A program made the position numbers and the translations under genes. Of a stretch of 39,975 nt of DNA, positions 1 to 8,405 are shown piece after piece; position 1 is the stretch's first letter; the number at the start of each line of letters is the position of its first letter. The notes under the pieces are model-generated. The model searched no databases and was not told the origin of the DNA. It worked only from the letters and a program-made list of their open reading frames with translations. Source of the DNA: an uncultured Candidatus Saccharibacteria bacterium. GTDB taxonomy: Bacteria > Patescibacteriota > Minisyncoccia > Phycocordibacterales > PALSA-1337. The stretch is taken from assembly GCA_964349165.1 (NCBI GenBank), contig CAYGFL010000002.1, positions 1 to 39,975 on the forward strand, in the 5' to 3' direction.

Positions 1-822
1 AACCCCTGCTGCAATCCCTTCGAGCACCACCTTATCCACTCCTCCTGTCGGCGCAAGATTAATATTAAAATCACTCTTCCAATAAAATTCTTTGATTTTT
101 TCACCAGTCACACCTCCAGTGAATCTTACCTTATCTTCTATACCTCTATCTTTCACAAGCCTTTGTAGTTCATGGAAATACACAGTATCATCTGGAGTAA
201 CTTGTGGCCCGACAATATCACACACAACCTCCATGCCTCCTTTTGATAAAATTGAGACAGCCTCGATCAATGTATCTAGATTTTTTATACGAGTAATCCT
301 ACCAACACTTAATAGAATAATGTTGTTATGTGGGTAATTTTCTTTTTTAACAAACCTTTCGATATTTATACCATGCCCCACAATATGTAATTTTTTTGTG
401 GGTATATTGAAACTCTCTTTGGACGCTGTGAATATATCGTGGGACAGCATAGTCGCTACACGGAGTGTCCAATCCACCGCTCGGTGTGTATACCAGAGAC
501 CGATTCTCTTTCCAAAAAGTCTCCATAGAAGACCTCCAAGAACGACGTAAATCTGGTTCATGTGAACGAAGACTGTATCGTATTTTTTACGTTCATGAAT
601 AATAAACCAATAAAAATGGATTATGTATTGTATCCTCGATTGTCGTTCTTCTTTTCCTAGAGAAAAGACTCTTACATTGTCTGGTAAGTCATATTCACCC
701 TTAAAAAGACATATGACACTCACAGTCTCACAATGCTTGGAAAATTCATGTACCCAATCGTGAAAAAACCCTAGGATAGGATCATTTTTATCGAGTTTCT
801 GGGTGGTGATGAGGAGGTTCAT
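1..822 (-). CDS. Glycosyltransferase, GT4/GT1-fold; the C-terminal end runs off the left edge of the window
   Basis: Own translation of the minus strand from the ATG at 822-820 gives MNLLITTQKLDKNDPILGFFHDWVHEF...HIVGHGINIERF...LLSVGRITRIKNLDTLIEA...RFTGGV. The frame stays open to base 1. It is absent from the ORF track because it has no stop in the window. Confidence 0.75.
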   Translation of the reverse strand, partial: MNLLITTQKLDKNDPILGFFHDWVHEFSKHCETVSVICLFKGEYDLPDNVRVFSLGKEERQSRIQYIIHFYWFIIHERKKYDTVFVHMNQIYVVLGGLLWRLFGKRIGLWYTHRAVDWTLRVATMLSHDIFTASKESFNIPTKKLHIVGHGINIERFVKKENYPHNNIILLSVGRITRIKNLDTLIEAVSILSKGGMEVVCDIVGPQVTPDDTVYFHELQRLVKDRGIEDKVRFTGGVTGEKIKEFYWKSDFNINLAPTGGVDKVVLEGIAAGV

Positions 823-830
823 TCCGGCAA

Positions 831-1259
831 TTATACCTTAAAAACAAAAAATTTATAGGCGAAGTAACTCCAGAAGGCAATGACCCCAGAAGAGAGAATT
901 TGCGCTAATACATAATACACTCCCAACTTTTCCACAAGAAAATAGAGGAGAAGTGTATTTATACAAAGATTCACGATTGCAATTAGAGTAAAAGTGGCGA
1001 ACTTTTTATGTATATCATGAGCTGTAGTATCTTTAAAGGTTAATCTTTTCTGTAAAAAAAAGGTTACGGAGATAGATAGGGTAAAGGATATTATTCCAGA
1101 AATAATATAATAGATACCAAAATAATGAGTGAGAATGAACAGGAGACCGATATTCGTCACAGCCCCCATACCACCTGAGAATATGAAGTGAACAGCTTTT
1201 ATATGTTTAGGATATTTCTGTTCAGTGGTTCGGTAAAGTGTTGCTAGTATATGAATCAT
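831..1259 (-). CDS. GtrA-like membrane protein (polysaccharide-synthesis-associated)
   Basis: 142 aa with four hydrophobic helices. The N-terminal FIFSGGMGAVTNIGLLFIL and the C-terminal FWSYFAYKFFVFK are typical of the GtrA family. It lies inside the glycosyltransferase cluster. Confidence 0.7.
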   Translation of the reverse strand: MIHILATLYRTTEQKYPKHIKAVHFIFSGGMGAVTNIGLLFILTHYFGIYYIISGIISFTLSISVTFFLQKRLTFKDTTAHDIHKKFATFTLIAIVNLCINTLLLYFLVEKLGVYYVLAQILSSGVIAFWSYFAYKFFVFKV

Positions 1260-1273
1260 GAATCCGTATTAAT

Positions 1274-2188
1274 TTATTTAATCCCCCACATCTCCCTAAG
1301 CTCTCCAATCCCCTCCTCAAGAGAAACGGACGGTGTCCATCCCAATAATCTCTTTGCCAGTGAATTATCCGCCAGAGTGTCTTTTGGCTCTAGTCTCGCA
1401 GGAATATGTTCAATCTCTCCACCGATAAGTTCTGCAATCTTTAGGATTGATGCGTTATTACCTGCCCCGATATTTATCGTCTCACCTTTTCCCACATTAT
1501 CATTTATCGCTGCGAGTAAGTTCGCCCTAGCAACATCTGTAACATGAGTAAAATCTCTAGTTTGTGTGCCATCACCAGTTATTGTCATGGCTTGCCCCAG
1601 ACTGCGTTGTTTGAGGAATTTACCTATCACCAGAGCATAAGCGCCTTCTGGGTCAAGCCCTGGACCATATACATTGAAATAACGCAGACAAACAGTCGGC
1701 AGAGCATACACCTCACTGTACAACCTACACATCAATTCACCTTCATATTTTTGCAATCCATACGGGCTTTTTGGATGAGTCGACATCGTTTCTACCAATG
1801 GCATGACAGATTGGTCTCCATATGCAGAACTAGAGGCAGAATAGACGGCTCTAGACATTTTCGCTCGACGAGCAGATTCCAACACATTCAGAGTACCTTT
1901 AGTATTAACCTCAAAAGATTCTAGAGGATGCTCGATAGAATATTGGACACGTGGAACTGCAGCAAAATGAAATACATATTGGGCTCCAATAAAAATAGAT
2001 TCGATCTCTTGAATATTTCTAATATCTTTTATATGCAAAATCGCATGCTTGTGAACTTTTTCTTTTTTACCACCAGACAAGTTATCAATAATATGAACTT
2101 CTGCACCTTCTTTTATAAGTGCATTCGATACATGCGTCCCTATGAAGCCAGCTCCTCCAGTCACAACAACTTTTTTATCTTTAAACAT
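1274..2188 (-). CDS. NAD-dependent epimerase/dehydratase (extended SDR; UDP-sugar 4-epimerase or decarboxylase-like)
   Basis: Rossmann motif VVVTGGAGFIGTHV and catalytic motif SPYGLQKYEGE (YxxxK). The track ORF starts at a TTG (2206); the ATG at 2188 (MFKDKKVVVTGG) is the more likely start. Confidence 0.85.
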   Translation of the reverse strand: MFKDKKVVVTGGAGFIGTHVSNALIKEGAEVHIIDNLSGGKKEKVHKHAILHIKDIRNIQEIESIFIGAQYVFHFAAVPRVQYSIEHPLESFEVNTKGTLNVLESARRAKMSRAVYSASSSAYGDQSVMPLVETMSTHPKSPYGLQKYEGELMCRLYSEVYALPTVCLRYFNVYGPGLDPEGAYALVIGKFLKQRSLGQAMTITGDGTQTRDFTHVTDVARANLLAAINDNVGKGETINIGAGNNASILKIAELIGGEIEHIPARLEPKDTLADNSLAKRLLGWTPSVSLEEGIGELREMWGIK

Positions 2189-2208
2189 AGTCCACATTCT
2201 ATACAACT

Positions 2209-3060
2209 CTAAGGTTTTTTACCATACACACCATCGAGAAGGTCTGTATCTTTCCCACTTGTCCTAAGTAATTCAATATTTTTATCACGGAGAGCTTTGA
2301 GGACCTCGATACCTTTTTTGTCACGTACATCATTCTGAAAAAATTCTATAAACGCCTCAAAATCCTTGATGAAACATGCCCCGCCTGCCCCTCTTCCGCA
2401 TTTATGAATAGGATTTAAATATGTGGATGACATCATAGGATCATGTTCAAAGGCTTCCTTGAGTACACTCCAATCAGCTCCCAATTTTTGGGTGGCATCG
2501 TAAAGAATATTTGAAAGAATGATCTGAAAATAGCCGTTGATGTTGTGCGAATATTTTATAAGCTCGGCTTCTTCGTACGAGCAGAGCAGAGTATGTGGGG
2601 CCTTAGGTAAAACACTTAGAATTAGTTCCGCTATTTTGAGATTATCTTCTGTACGTTCTACAAGACCTATAATATTTCTCGATGGATGAGATGCGTCATA
2701 AGCGGCTGTATTGATACAGAGAAATTCTGGAGAGTTTACGATAGTAATGGTCGGATTTTCAGCTTGCAATTTACGAACAGTACCCATAAGTGTCGTGGAT
2801 TTTATCACCGCGATCTTACCCTTACCCACGAGAGACAGCACTCCACTCAAAATACTTGCATCAAATCCTTTCGGAGTCGTTGGTGTAGGTACCGCAATAA
2901 ATACAATATCGCACTCACGGATAGTGTCTTTGTTATTTTCGTAAGGTGCCTCTTTGGCATAGCGAGTCACATCGAAACCGCGCTGTTCCATATCATCAGC
3001 ATAATTTTTCCCAATCCACCCCTGACCGATAAAACCGATTTTTGTATTTCTTTTATCCAT
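2209..3060 (-). CDS. UDP-glucose/GDP-mannose dehydrogenase family protein; short form lacking the C-terminal UDP-binding domain
   Basis: KIGFIGQGWIGKN (NAD fold), IVFIAVPTP, VIKSTTLMGT, NSPEFL, and the catalytic-Cys motif GAGGACFIKD. The ATG at 3060 (MDKRNTK) lies 2 nt after the upstream gene's stop. The longer track ORF (to 3237) overlaps that upstream gene and is rejected. Confidence 0.75.
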   Translation of the reverse strand: MDKRNTKIGFIGQGWIGKNYADDMEQRGFDVTRYAKEAPYENNKDTIRECDIVFIAVPTPTTPKGFDASILSGVLSLVGKGKIAVIKSTTLMGTVRKLQAENPTITIVNSPEFLCINTAAYDASHPSRNIIGLVERTEDNLKIAELILSVLPKAPHTLLCSYEEAELIKYSHNINGYFQIILSNILYDATQKLGADWSVLKEAFEHDPMMSSTYLNPIHKCGRGAGGACFIKDFEAFIEFFQNDVRDKKGIEVLKALRDKNIELLRTSGKDTDLLDGVYGKKP

Positions 3061-3062
3061 AA

Positions 3063-4046
3063 TTATGAAGTTATTTCTGTAATTTTCTTTGAAACCTCTC
3101 CCGGTGAATACCCGACTATTTCCGCCCCCACCTCCCTCGCCACCCCGACGTCTGTGGAAACTATTTTCGCACCGACAGCATGAGCTTCGATTATCGACAT
3201 ACCGTATCCCTCGTACCAAGAAGTCACGAGAAAACAATCACAAGTTTTGTAGTATGAGGCCGTATCATTCTGCCAACCTTCGAATATCACTGATCGTTCT
3301 AGACCAAGATTCTTAGTCAAATTTTTTAATTTACTTTCTTCACTTCCAGAACCGACTACTATGAGCCCAACTTTCGGTATTTCTTTCACGATCATTTTAA
3401 AAGATTCTATCGCCATCTCAATATTTTTCTCCTTTTCTAATCTAGAAACCATGAGAATTATTTTTGAAAATTGCGGATATTTCTGATGTAGATCCGTCGT
3501 GACTGGTGCATTTTTTATCTTTTCAACATCGACTGCGATGGGTCGCACTTCTATACGTGATGGTTCTATGAATGTACTTAAATATTCTTGTATACGATAC
3601 GAGACAGCGCGTATATGATCTGCTCTTGGTAGCGCGTATCTCGAAATCAAAGTTCGCACTCTATTTAAAAATGTAAATGTCTGAAAATATGGACTGCCGA
3701 TATCTGTATGGATCTGCAATTCTAGCGAGACTGGCTCACGGTTTTTTATGAGCGCACCAACAAGTCCCGTCTCAAAAGGATCTTGGCAGGTCACATCGCC
3801 AATCTTTCTTTTTTCTACGATGAATCTTCCTAGTCTCAATGCATCGAAAACATATAACCATCGAGAAAGTGATCTCGTAGGATATATAAAAATATTCGAA
3901 CCGAGACTAGTCTCATTAAAATCTCTATTGGAAAATATGATGATATGCACTTCCTCGTATTTTTTTGCATACTCTATCTGCCTCTGCGCCACCGCGCTGT
4001 TTTTATCGAATATATTCCTATCTGTAGATATCATTAGAAGTTTCAT
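3063..4046 (-). CDS. Glycosyltransferase family 4
   Basis: C-terminal GT1 signature SWYEGYGMSIIEAHAVGAKIVSTDVGVAREV, with a GT4-like N-terminal domain. Confidence 0.8.
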   Translation of the reverse strand: MKLLMISTDRNIFDKNSAVAQRQIEYAKKYEEVHIIIFSNRDFNETSLGSNIFIYPTRSLSRWLYVFDALRLGRFIVEKRKIGDVTCQDPFETGLVGALIKNREPVSLELQIHTDIGSPYFQTFTFLNRVRTLISRYALPRADHIRAVSYRIQEYLSTFIEPSRIEVRPIAVDVEKIKNAPVTTDLHQKYPQFSKIILMVSRLEKEKNIEMAIESFKMIVKEIPKVGLIVVGSGSEESKLKNLTKNLGLERSVIFEGWQNDTASYYKTCDCFLVTSWYEGYGMSIIEAHAVGAKIVSTDVGVAREVGAEIVGYSPGEVSKKITEITS

Positions 4047-4059
4047 GGTGCGATTATAA

Positions 4060-5079
4060 TTATTTTATTTTTTCATAAATATCGACAATCTCAAGGGCAA
4101 TCTCAGACCAAGAATGAGTGGAACTAAAATTCATTATCTTCTCGACCTGCTTATCATAATTTTCTTTCACACATAGCCAGAGAACTTTTTCTCTTATATC
4201 TTCGACATTTTGGGGATCTACAGTGATTGCTATGTCACCGATACGATCCATGAGTCCGTTTTCTTTTGTAATTATGAAGGGTTTATTAAATTTAATAGAT
4301 TCGAGGATCATATTGGGACTGATATCACCGAGAGAGACGAGGATAGTAGCGTAACATTCCGACATTTTTTTCATAAACTCTTCGTGTCTATAATTACCGA
4401 GGTCGAGCGATACCTCTCTCATATTTTCAAAAGCTTGTTTTAATACATCGAGATTTTTCCATTTCAATTTACGTGTGCCAGCAATAAAATCTTTCTTTGT
4501 CGGAACAGAGCTTGGTAGTTTAGAGCCGTAGTGATTTTCTACAATGCAGATATTTTCTGGGTTCAAATCATATTCTTTTATAAAAATATCTCTCTGCCAG
4601 GATGTAGAAAAAACAAGAGTGGAGACATTCTGTAGAGTCCATTTAGTAATTTTAAAAATCAAGCGTTCTTTTCTAGACCATTTTTCTGGTGTCGTCTCGT
4701 AAAAATTCTTTAATAGAACCATGTCGTGAGTCCTCTCTACATATCCCTCCCAGAGGAAATCTCCACCAGTGCGCATTATTATTTTCTTTCCGAATATCTT
4801 CGCAGCGACGGTAGCTGGAGTGCCTACACTGAAAGTATCTAGAGCGAAAATAAAATCTGCAGATAGCACAGAGGGCAGTATTTTGAAAAAATAATATAAG
4901 TGTCGAAGACCAGATGGCAACATGTGCTCAACCTGTGTAAAAGTCTTTATCCTCACGTTATGCCCAGCTTTTCCCCACTCTATCCCCAGTTCTTGGGCAT
5001 ATTTCATAGGTCCACCTATAGCTGGCGGATATATACCTGTTGCAATGAGGATATTCAATCTAACCTTATTTTGATTCAT
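4060..5079 (-). CDS. Glycosyltransferase (divergent GT4-like)
   Basis: N-terminus LNILIATGIYPPAIGGPMKYAQEL is typical of the GT4 N-domain. ATGA overlap with the upstream GT gene. Confidence 0.65.
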   Translation of the reverse strand: MNQNKVRLNILIATGIYPPAIGGPMKYAQELGIEWGKAGHNVRIKTFTQVEHMLPSGLRHLYYFFKILPSVLSADFIFALDTFSVGTPATVAAKIFGKKIIMRTGGDFLWEGYVERTHDMVLLKNFYETTPEKWSRKERLIFKITKWTLQNVSTLVFSTSWQRDIFIKEYDLNPENICIVENHYGSKLPSSVPTKKDFIAGTRKLKWKNLDVLKQAFENMREVSLDLGNYRHEEFMKKMSECYATILVSLGDISPNMILESIKFNKPFIITKENGLMDRIGDIAITVDPQNVEDIREKVLWLCVKENYDKQVEKIMNFSSTHSWSEIALEIVDIYEKIK

Positions 5080-6254
5080 AGTTTCTCAAATATACCCCTC
5101 ATCTTACCCACTGTGAAGTCCCAATCATATTTATCTTTTACCATTTCTTGAGCATTTCGTATGATGTATTCACGCAATTCTCTATCCCTCATCAATAGAT
5201 CTATTTTTTCTGCGATACTTTTCGGATTTTCTACTTCGCAGAATAGTCCTGTCTTTTTATCAAAAAGAAAATCTGGAATACCTCCGACTGGAGTAGCGAT
5301 CACGGGCAATCCCGCAGCCATCGCTTCTATGAATGAATTCCCCATTCCTTCAGATAGAGAAGGTCTCACGAAAATGTGCGAGGCATGTAGATAGAGTGGT
5401 ATCTCGCGATGTGGAACGAAACCTACGAACTTTACCCGATTCTCCAATTTTAATAACCGAACTTTCTCTATCAAGAATTTTTCCAGAGGCCCAGTGCCGA
5501 GGATGACAAGCTTCACCTCACCTGTGGACGTAGCTGGAAAAAAGGTCAGTGCGTCTATAATATCTCCGACTCCGTTCTTGTGCACTAGCCGAGAAGTGGT
5601 TATGAGTACAGTATCGAAAGCATCTATTTCCAATTCATGGAGAAGTGCTTTGACCTGACTTTGTAAAGGATTTGTAGAGAATGTTTTGAAATCAACGCCG
5701 TTTGGAACGACTGATGCTGGACATGTCGCACCCATTTTTATCCCATAATCTTTTAGGAAATGTGAGATGGCTTGTATATAATCTGCTTTTTTAAATATTT
5801 GTATGTATAGAGGATACATTTTACCCAACGACTTCTTGATATGCTCTATGGAATCCCCTTCCTGCAGAGTTAAGAGAAATGGAATTTTCGGATGCACAAG
5901 TTTAAAGAAAAGATTTGAAAACGCATTGAAGCTCGCCATAATAGACAAAGTGAGATCATAATGGTTTTTATAATGAAGTGAAAGAGATTTAAAAAAAGCA
6001 AAAGCTACATATTGAAATTTTATGAAATGTGAAATAGAAGGAACTGCAGATCCTCTAATATTTATCTTAGGACCGACTCGATACACATTCACATTACCTA
6101 TACGTTCGAAACGGGATTTACCTGCGTAGAGAGTGACCATGTCAAATTCCATATCACTACCTATTCTGTCAGTGATTTCTTTGACTGCAACCTCTGCCCC
6201 ACCCACGAGGTGAGGATAGTATGCGAGTGAAAATATGAGGACTTTTCTTGCCAT
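5076..6254 (-). CDS. Glycosyltransferase family 4
   Basis: KVLIFSLAYYPHLVGGAEVAV at the N-terminus and SLSEGMGNSFIEAMAAGLPVIATPVGGIPDF (E-x7-E-type GT1 motif). Confidence 0.85.
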   Translation of the reverse strand: MARKVLIFSLAYYPHLVGGAEVAVKEITDRIGSDMEFDMVTLYAGKSRFERIGNVNVYRVGPKINIRGSAVPSISHFIKFQYVAFAFFKSLSLHYKNHYDLTLSIMASFNAFSNLFFKLVHPKIPFLLTLQEGDSIEHIKKSLGKMYPLYIQIFKKADYIQAISHFLKDYGIKMGATCPASVVPNGVDFKTFSTNPLQSQVKALLHELEIDAFDTVLITTSRLVHKNGVGDIIDALTFFPATSTGEVKLVILGTGPLEKFLIEKVRLLKLENRVKFVGFVPHREIPLYLHASHIFVRPSLSEGMGNSFIEAMAAGLPVIATPVGGIPDFLFDKKTGLFCEVENPKSIAEKIDLLMRDRELREYIIRNAQEMVKDKYDWDFTVGKMRGIFEKL

Positions 6255-6275
6255 ATATGCCGAAATTAGGCTCTT

Positions 6276-8042
6276 TTAGTCTACCTTGAGAACACCTTTT
6301 AGTACATCTTCAGAAACTTCTTGGGTATCTGCCTTCGAAGTAATATTCGGTGCAGGAGGTTTCTGATCTATTTTTGGTATCTCTTTTCCAGGAGGTCTTT
6401 GATTACCTAGGACAGAAGCCAGAGCATTGCGAAGCTCGTTCACATGCTCTGGTGATGCTTCTTTGGAATTTACTTTAGTCACAACCTTCGGTTCTAGTTT
6501 CGCTAGTGGAACAGTCTCTGGAGGATTTGGTTTAGAAATGACTTTTGGTATTACTGCTTTAAATGGTTGGTGAGTCTGTTGAGGTGGAGGAGATGGTGGT
6601 GGAGGTGTGGGAGGTTTAGGTGTAGGCGAGGTTGCTGGTGCAGGTGTAGATTGAGGAATAGGTTTCGGCTGGGACATCACTTTCAGCTTCGGAGGTACGA
6701 TGATCGGTTCCATCCAGTCAGAAATTGCTTTTTCTACTTCATCGCGAGTATGAGCGAACTGTTGTCGAGACATCGCTATCGCTTCTACTGCACTAGATGT
6801 TTCTGGTTGGGCTATTGGAGGAAGAGTCATTGCGGAAAAAGGTTGCGAACTGATACCATCAATCATGAGTTTTAAGTATATTTGTGTATAACCTAGATTT
6901 ACAATATCTTCTGCTGTAAATTGTGGCATAAATTCTTTTTCCAAAACCTCTGCATCATATGCACCTACACGAAAAACTATCATCGTACCGACGTTACCGA
7001 AGACTGCAGCTCTCACCTCTTCTTCCATCTGCTCTATATATTGATGAGCCATCGTCAGATTTAATTTATATTTTCTCGCTTCAGATAAGATGTCTGCAAA
7101 AGATTCATTGGCAAAAGATTGGAACTCGTCTACAAAAAGATAGAAATTTGGCATTCCTTTGAGTACTCGATCTGGGACATCGGCACGTGATAGAGCTGCA
7201 AGGTAGATCTTTGTGATGAGCATTCCGCCGAGGAGATTGGCGTTTGTCTCTCCTATTCTACCCTTCGACAGGTTGATTATCATTATCTTTTTACTATCCA
7301 TGATTTCACGGATATTAAAAGAAGATTTCGACTGACCTATCATATTTCTGATCAGCGCATTGGCTGTAAATTGCCCTATCTTGTTCTGTATCGCAGGCAC
7401 AGCTTCTGCCGCCATTCTTTCTGTATAGTTTGCAAATTCTTCTACCCAGAAAGATCTCACAGCTGGATCTGTAACATTTGCTACTACTTTTTCACGGAAC
7501 TTTTTATCAGAAAGCATACGATTTACACCGAGTAGAGTAGCTTCTGGATATTCTAGTAGTGCGAGTAGAGTGTTCGTTAAAATATATTCCATTCTGGCAG
7601 ACCATGCATCTTGCCAGATTTTTTTAAAGGTACTCATGAGTCCAGAGACGACGAGATGACGCTTGTCTGGATCGACACTTTCGAGAACGTTAAAAGATAT
7701 CGGGTGATCTGTATCGAACGGTGCAAAATATATTACATCTTTCACCCTCTCCGGTGGGATATATTCTAGTAGAAGATCTGCGGTCTTACCGTGAGGATCG
7801 ATGAATGCCATTCCCTCTCCATTTTTAATATCCTGCACTGCCATGTTTTCAAGAAGAGTGGATTTTCCCATTCCTGTTTTTCCGATGATGTAGACATGGC
7901 GTGTGCGATCTTTTGCCTTAATACCAAAAGTTACTTTTTTATTTCGAGCGTCAGTTTGAGCAAAATATGTGACTCTTTCTTCGTTCATATAAATATGGAG
8001 AATGTTTGGGTATATTTTATCATAGAAAATCCCCAAGTGCAT
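6276..8042 (-). CDS. TraD/TraG/VirD4-like (type IV coupling-protein-like) P-loop NTPase; soluble, with a Pro-rich disordered C-terminal tail
   Basis: Walker A IIGKTGMGKSTLLENM, Walker B FYLFVDEFQSF, and LTMAHQYIEQM. No N-terminal TM helices. The last ~140 aa are low complexity (PKPPTPPPPSPPPQQ). An alternative, probably better, start is the ATG at 7988 (MNEERVTYFAQTD). Confidence 0.75.
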   Translation of the reverse strand: MHLGIFYDKIYPNILHIYMNEERVTYFAQTDARNKKVTFGIKAKDRTRHVYIIGKTGMGKSTLLENMAVQDIKNGEGMAFIDPHGKTADLLLEYIPPERVKDVIYFAPFDTDHPISFNVLESVDPDKRHLVVSGLMSTFKKIWQDAWSARMEYILTNTLLALLEYPEATLLGVNRMLSDKKFREKVVANVTDPAVRSFWVEEFANYTERMAAEAVPAIQNKIGQFTANALIRNMIGQSKSSFNIREIMDSKKIMIINLSKGRIGETNANLLGGMLITKIYLAALSRADVPDRVLKGMPNFYLFVDEFQSFANESFADILSEARKYKLNLTMAHQYIEQMEEEVRAAVFGNVGTMIVFRVGAYDAEVLEKEFMPQFTAEDIVNLGYTQIYLKLMIDGISSQPFSAMTLPPIAQPETSSAVEAIAMSRQQFAHTRDEVEKAISDWMEPIIVPPKLKVMSQPKPIPQSTPAPATSPTPKPPTPPPPSPPPQQTHQPFKAVIPKVISKPNPPETVPLAKLEPKVVTKVNSKEASPEHVNELRNALASVLGNQRPPGKEIPKIDQKPPAPNITSKADTQEVSEDVLKGVLKVD

Positions 8043-8084
8043 TGCACACTCGGGGACTTCGAAACCATTTTGTCATCTTGAATC

Positions 8085-8400
8085 ACTGGGGCCGCGATGA
8101 AGGCCCGCGAGGGAGGAGCATTGGGCGTGACATTCCAGGGGGATAGTCGGGGCGCCAGTGATTGTTGATATCAGCGGAAGGAGGTCGTTGACTGCGACTG
8201 AGCAGGTTGAGAAGATCCGAACCAGAACGAACAGGAGCAATAGTGGAACCTGTGGCTACTTTATTTTTGGCCATACTGTGTGGAGTTGTTGCTGTTGTTT
8301 TCCTACCATGAGAGTGCGTGGATCGCCTACAACAAGTAGACGTACACCTTCATTTACCGTGGGAACAGCACGTTGCTGTCTGGAGTATTATAATACTACG
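8085..8400. ncRNA. Candidate structured non-coding RNA or long leader of unknown class (GC-rich island)
   Basis: The region is markedly more GC-rich than its surroundings. The only ORFs have Arg/Ser/Pro/Cys-rich junk composition. A 9-bp long-range helix (AATCACTGG...CCAGTGATT, about 8083-8091 with 8157-8165) encloses the GGGCC-n8-GGCCC hairpin. More hairpins lie at 8330-8395, and a minus-strand TATAAT sits near 8386-8391. Strand and class are not determined. Confidence 0.3.
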
Positions 8401-8405
8401 ATTAT

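Noticed and set aside
3061-3237. N-terminal extension of the dehydrogenase ORF (track 2209..3237)
   Set aside because: The extension overlaps the 3' end of the upstream glycosyltransferase and is Gly/Arg-rich junk (RRRGGEGGGGGN). The ATG at 3060 directly precedes the NAD-binding motif.
6567-6875. Plus-strand 102-aa ORF (Arg/Trp/Cys-rich)
   Set aside because: It is the antisense shadow of the GC-rich sequence encoding the proline-rich tail of the TraD-like ATPase, and its composition is non-protein-like.
8043-8405. Assignment of the GC-rich island to RNase P RNA, tmRNA, SRP RNA, 5S rRNA or a TPP/cobalamin riboswitch
   Set aside because: There are local resemblances. Plus-strand GGGGATAGTCGGGGCGCC resembles the RNase P CR-I GAGGAAAGTCCGGGC. 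CCGAACCAGAACGAAC resembles 5S loop B. CGGAAGGAGG resembles SRP helix 8. However, the required partner elements are absent or wrongly spaced: no P4 3' strand ACAGAAnnnGGCTTA, no tRNA-like acceptor/T-arm with a plausible ...AA-stop tag ORF, no closing helices and no GGAA tetraloop stem. It is left as unknown class pending a covariance-model search.
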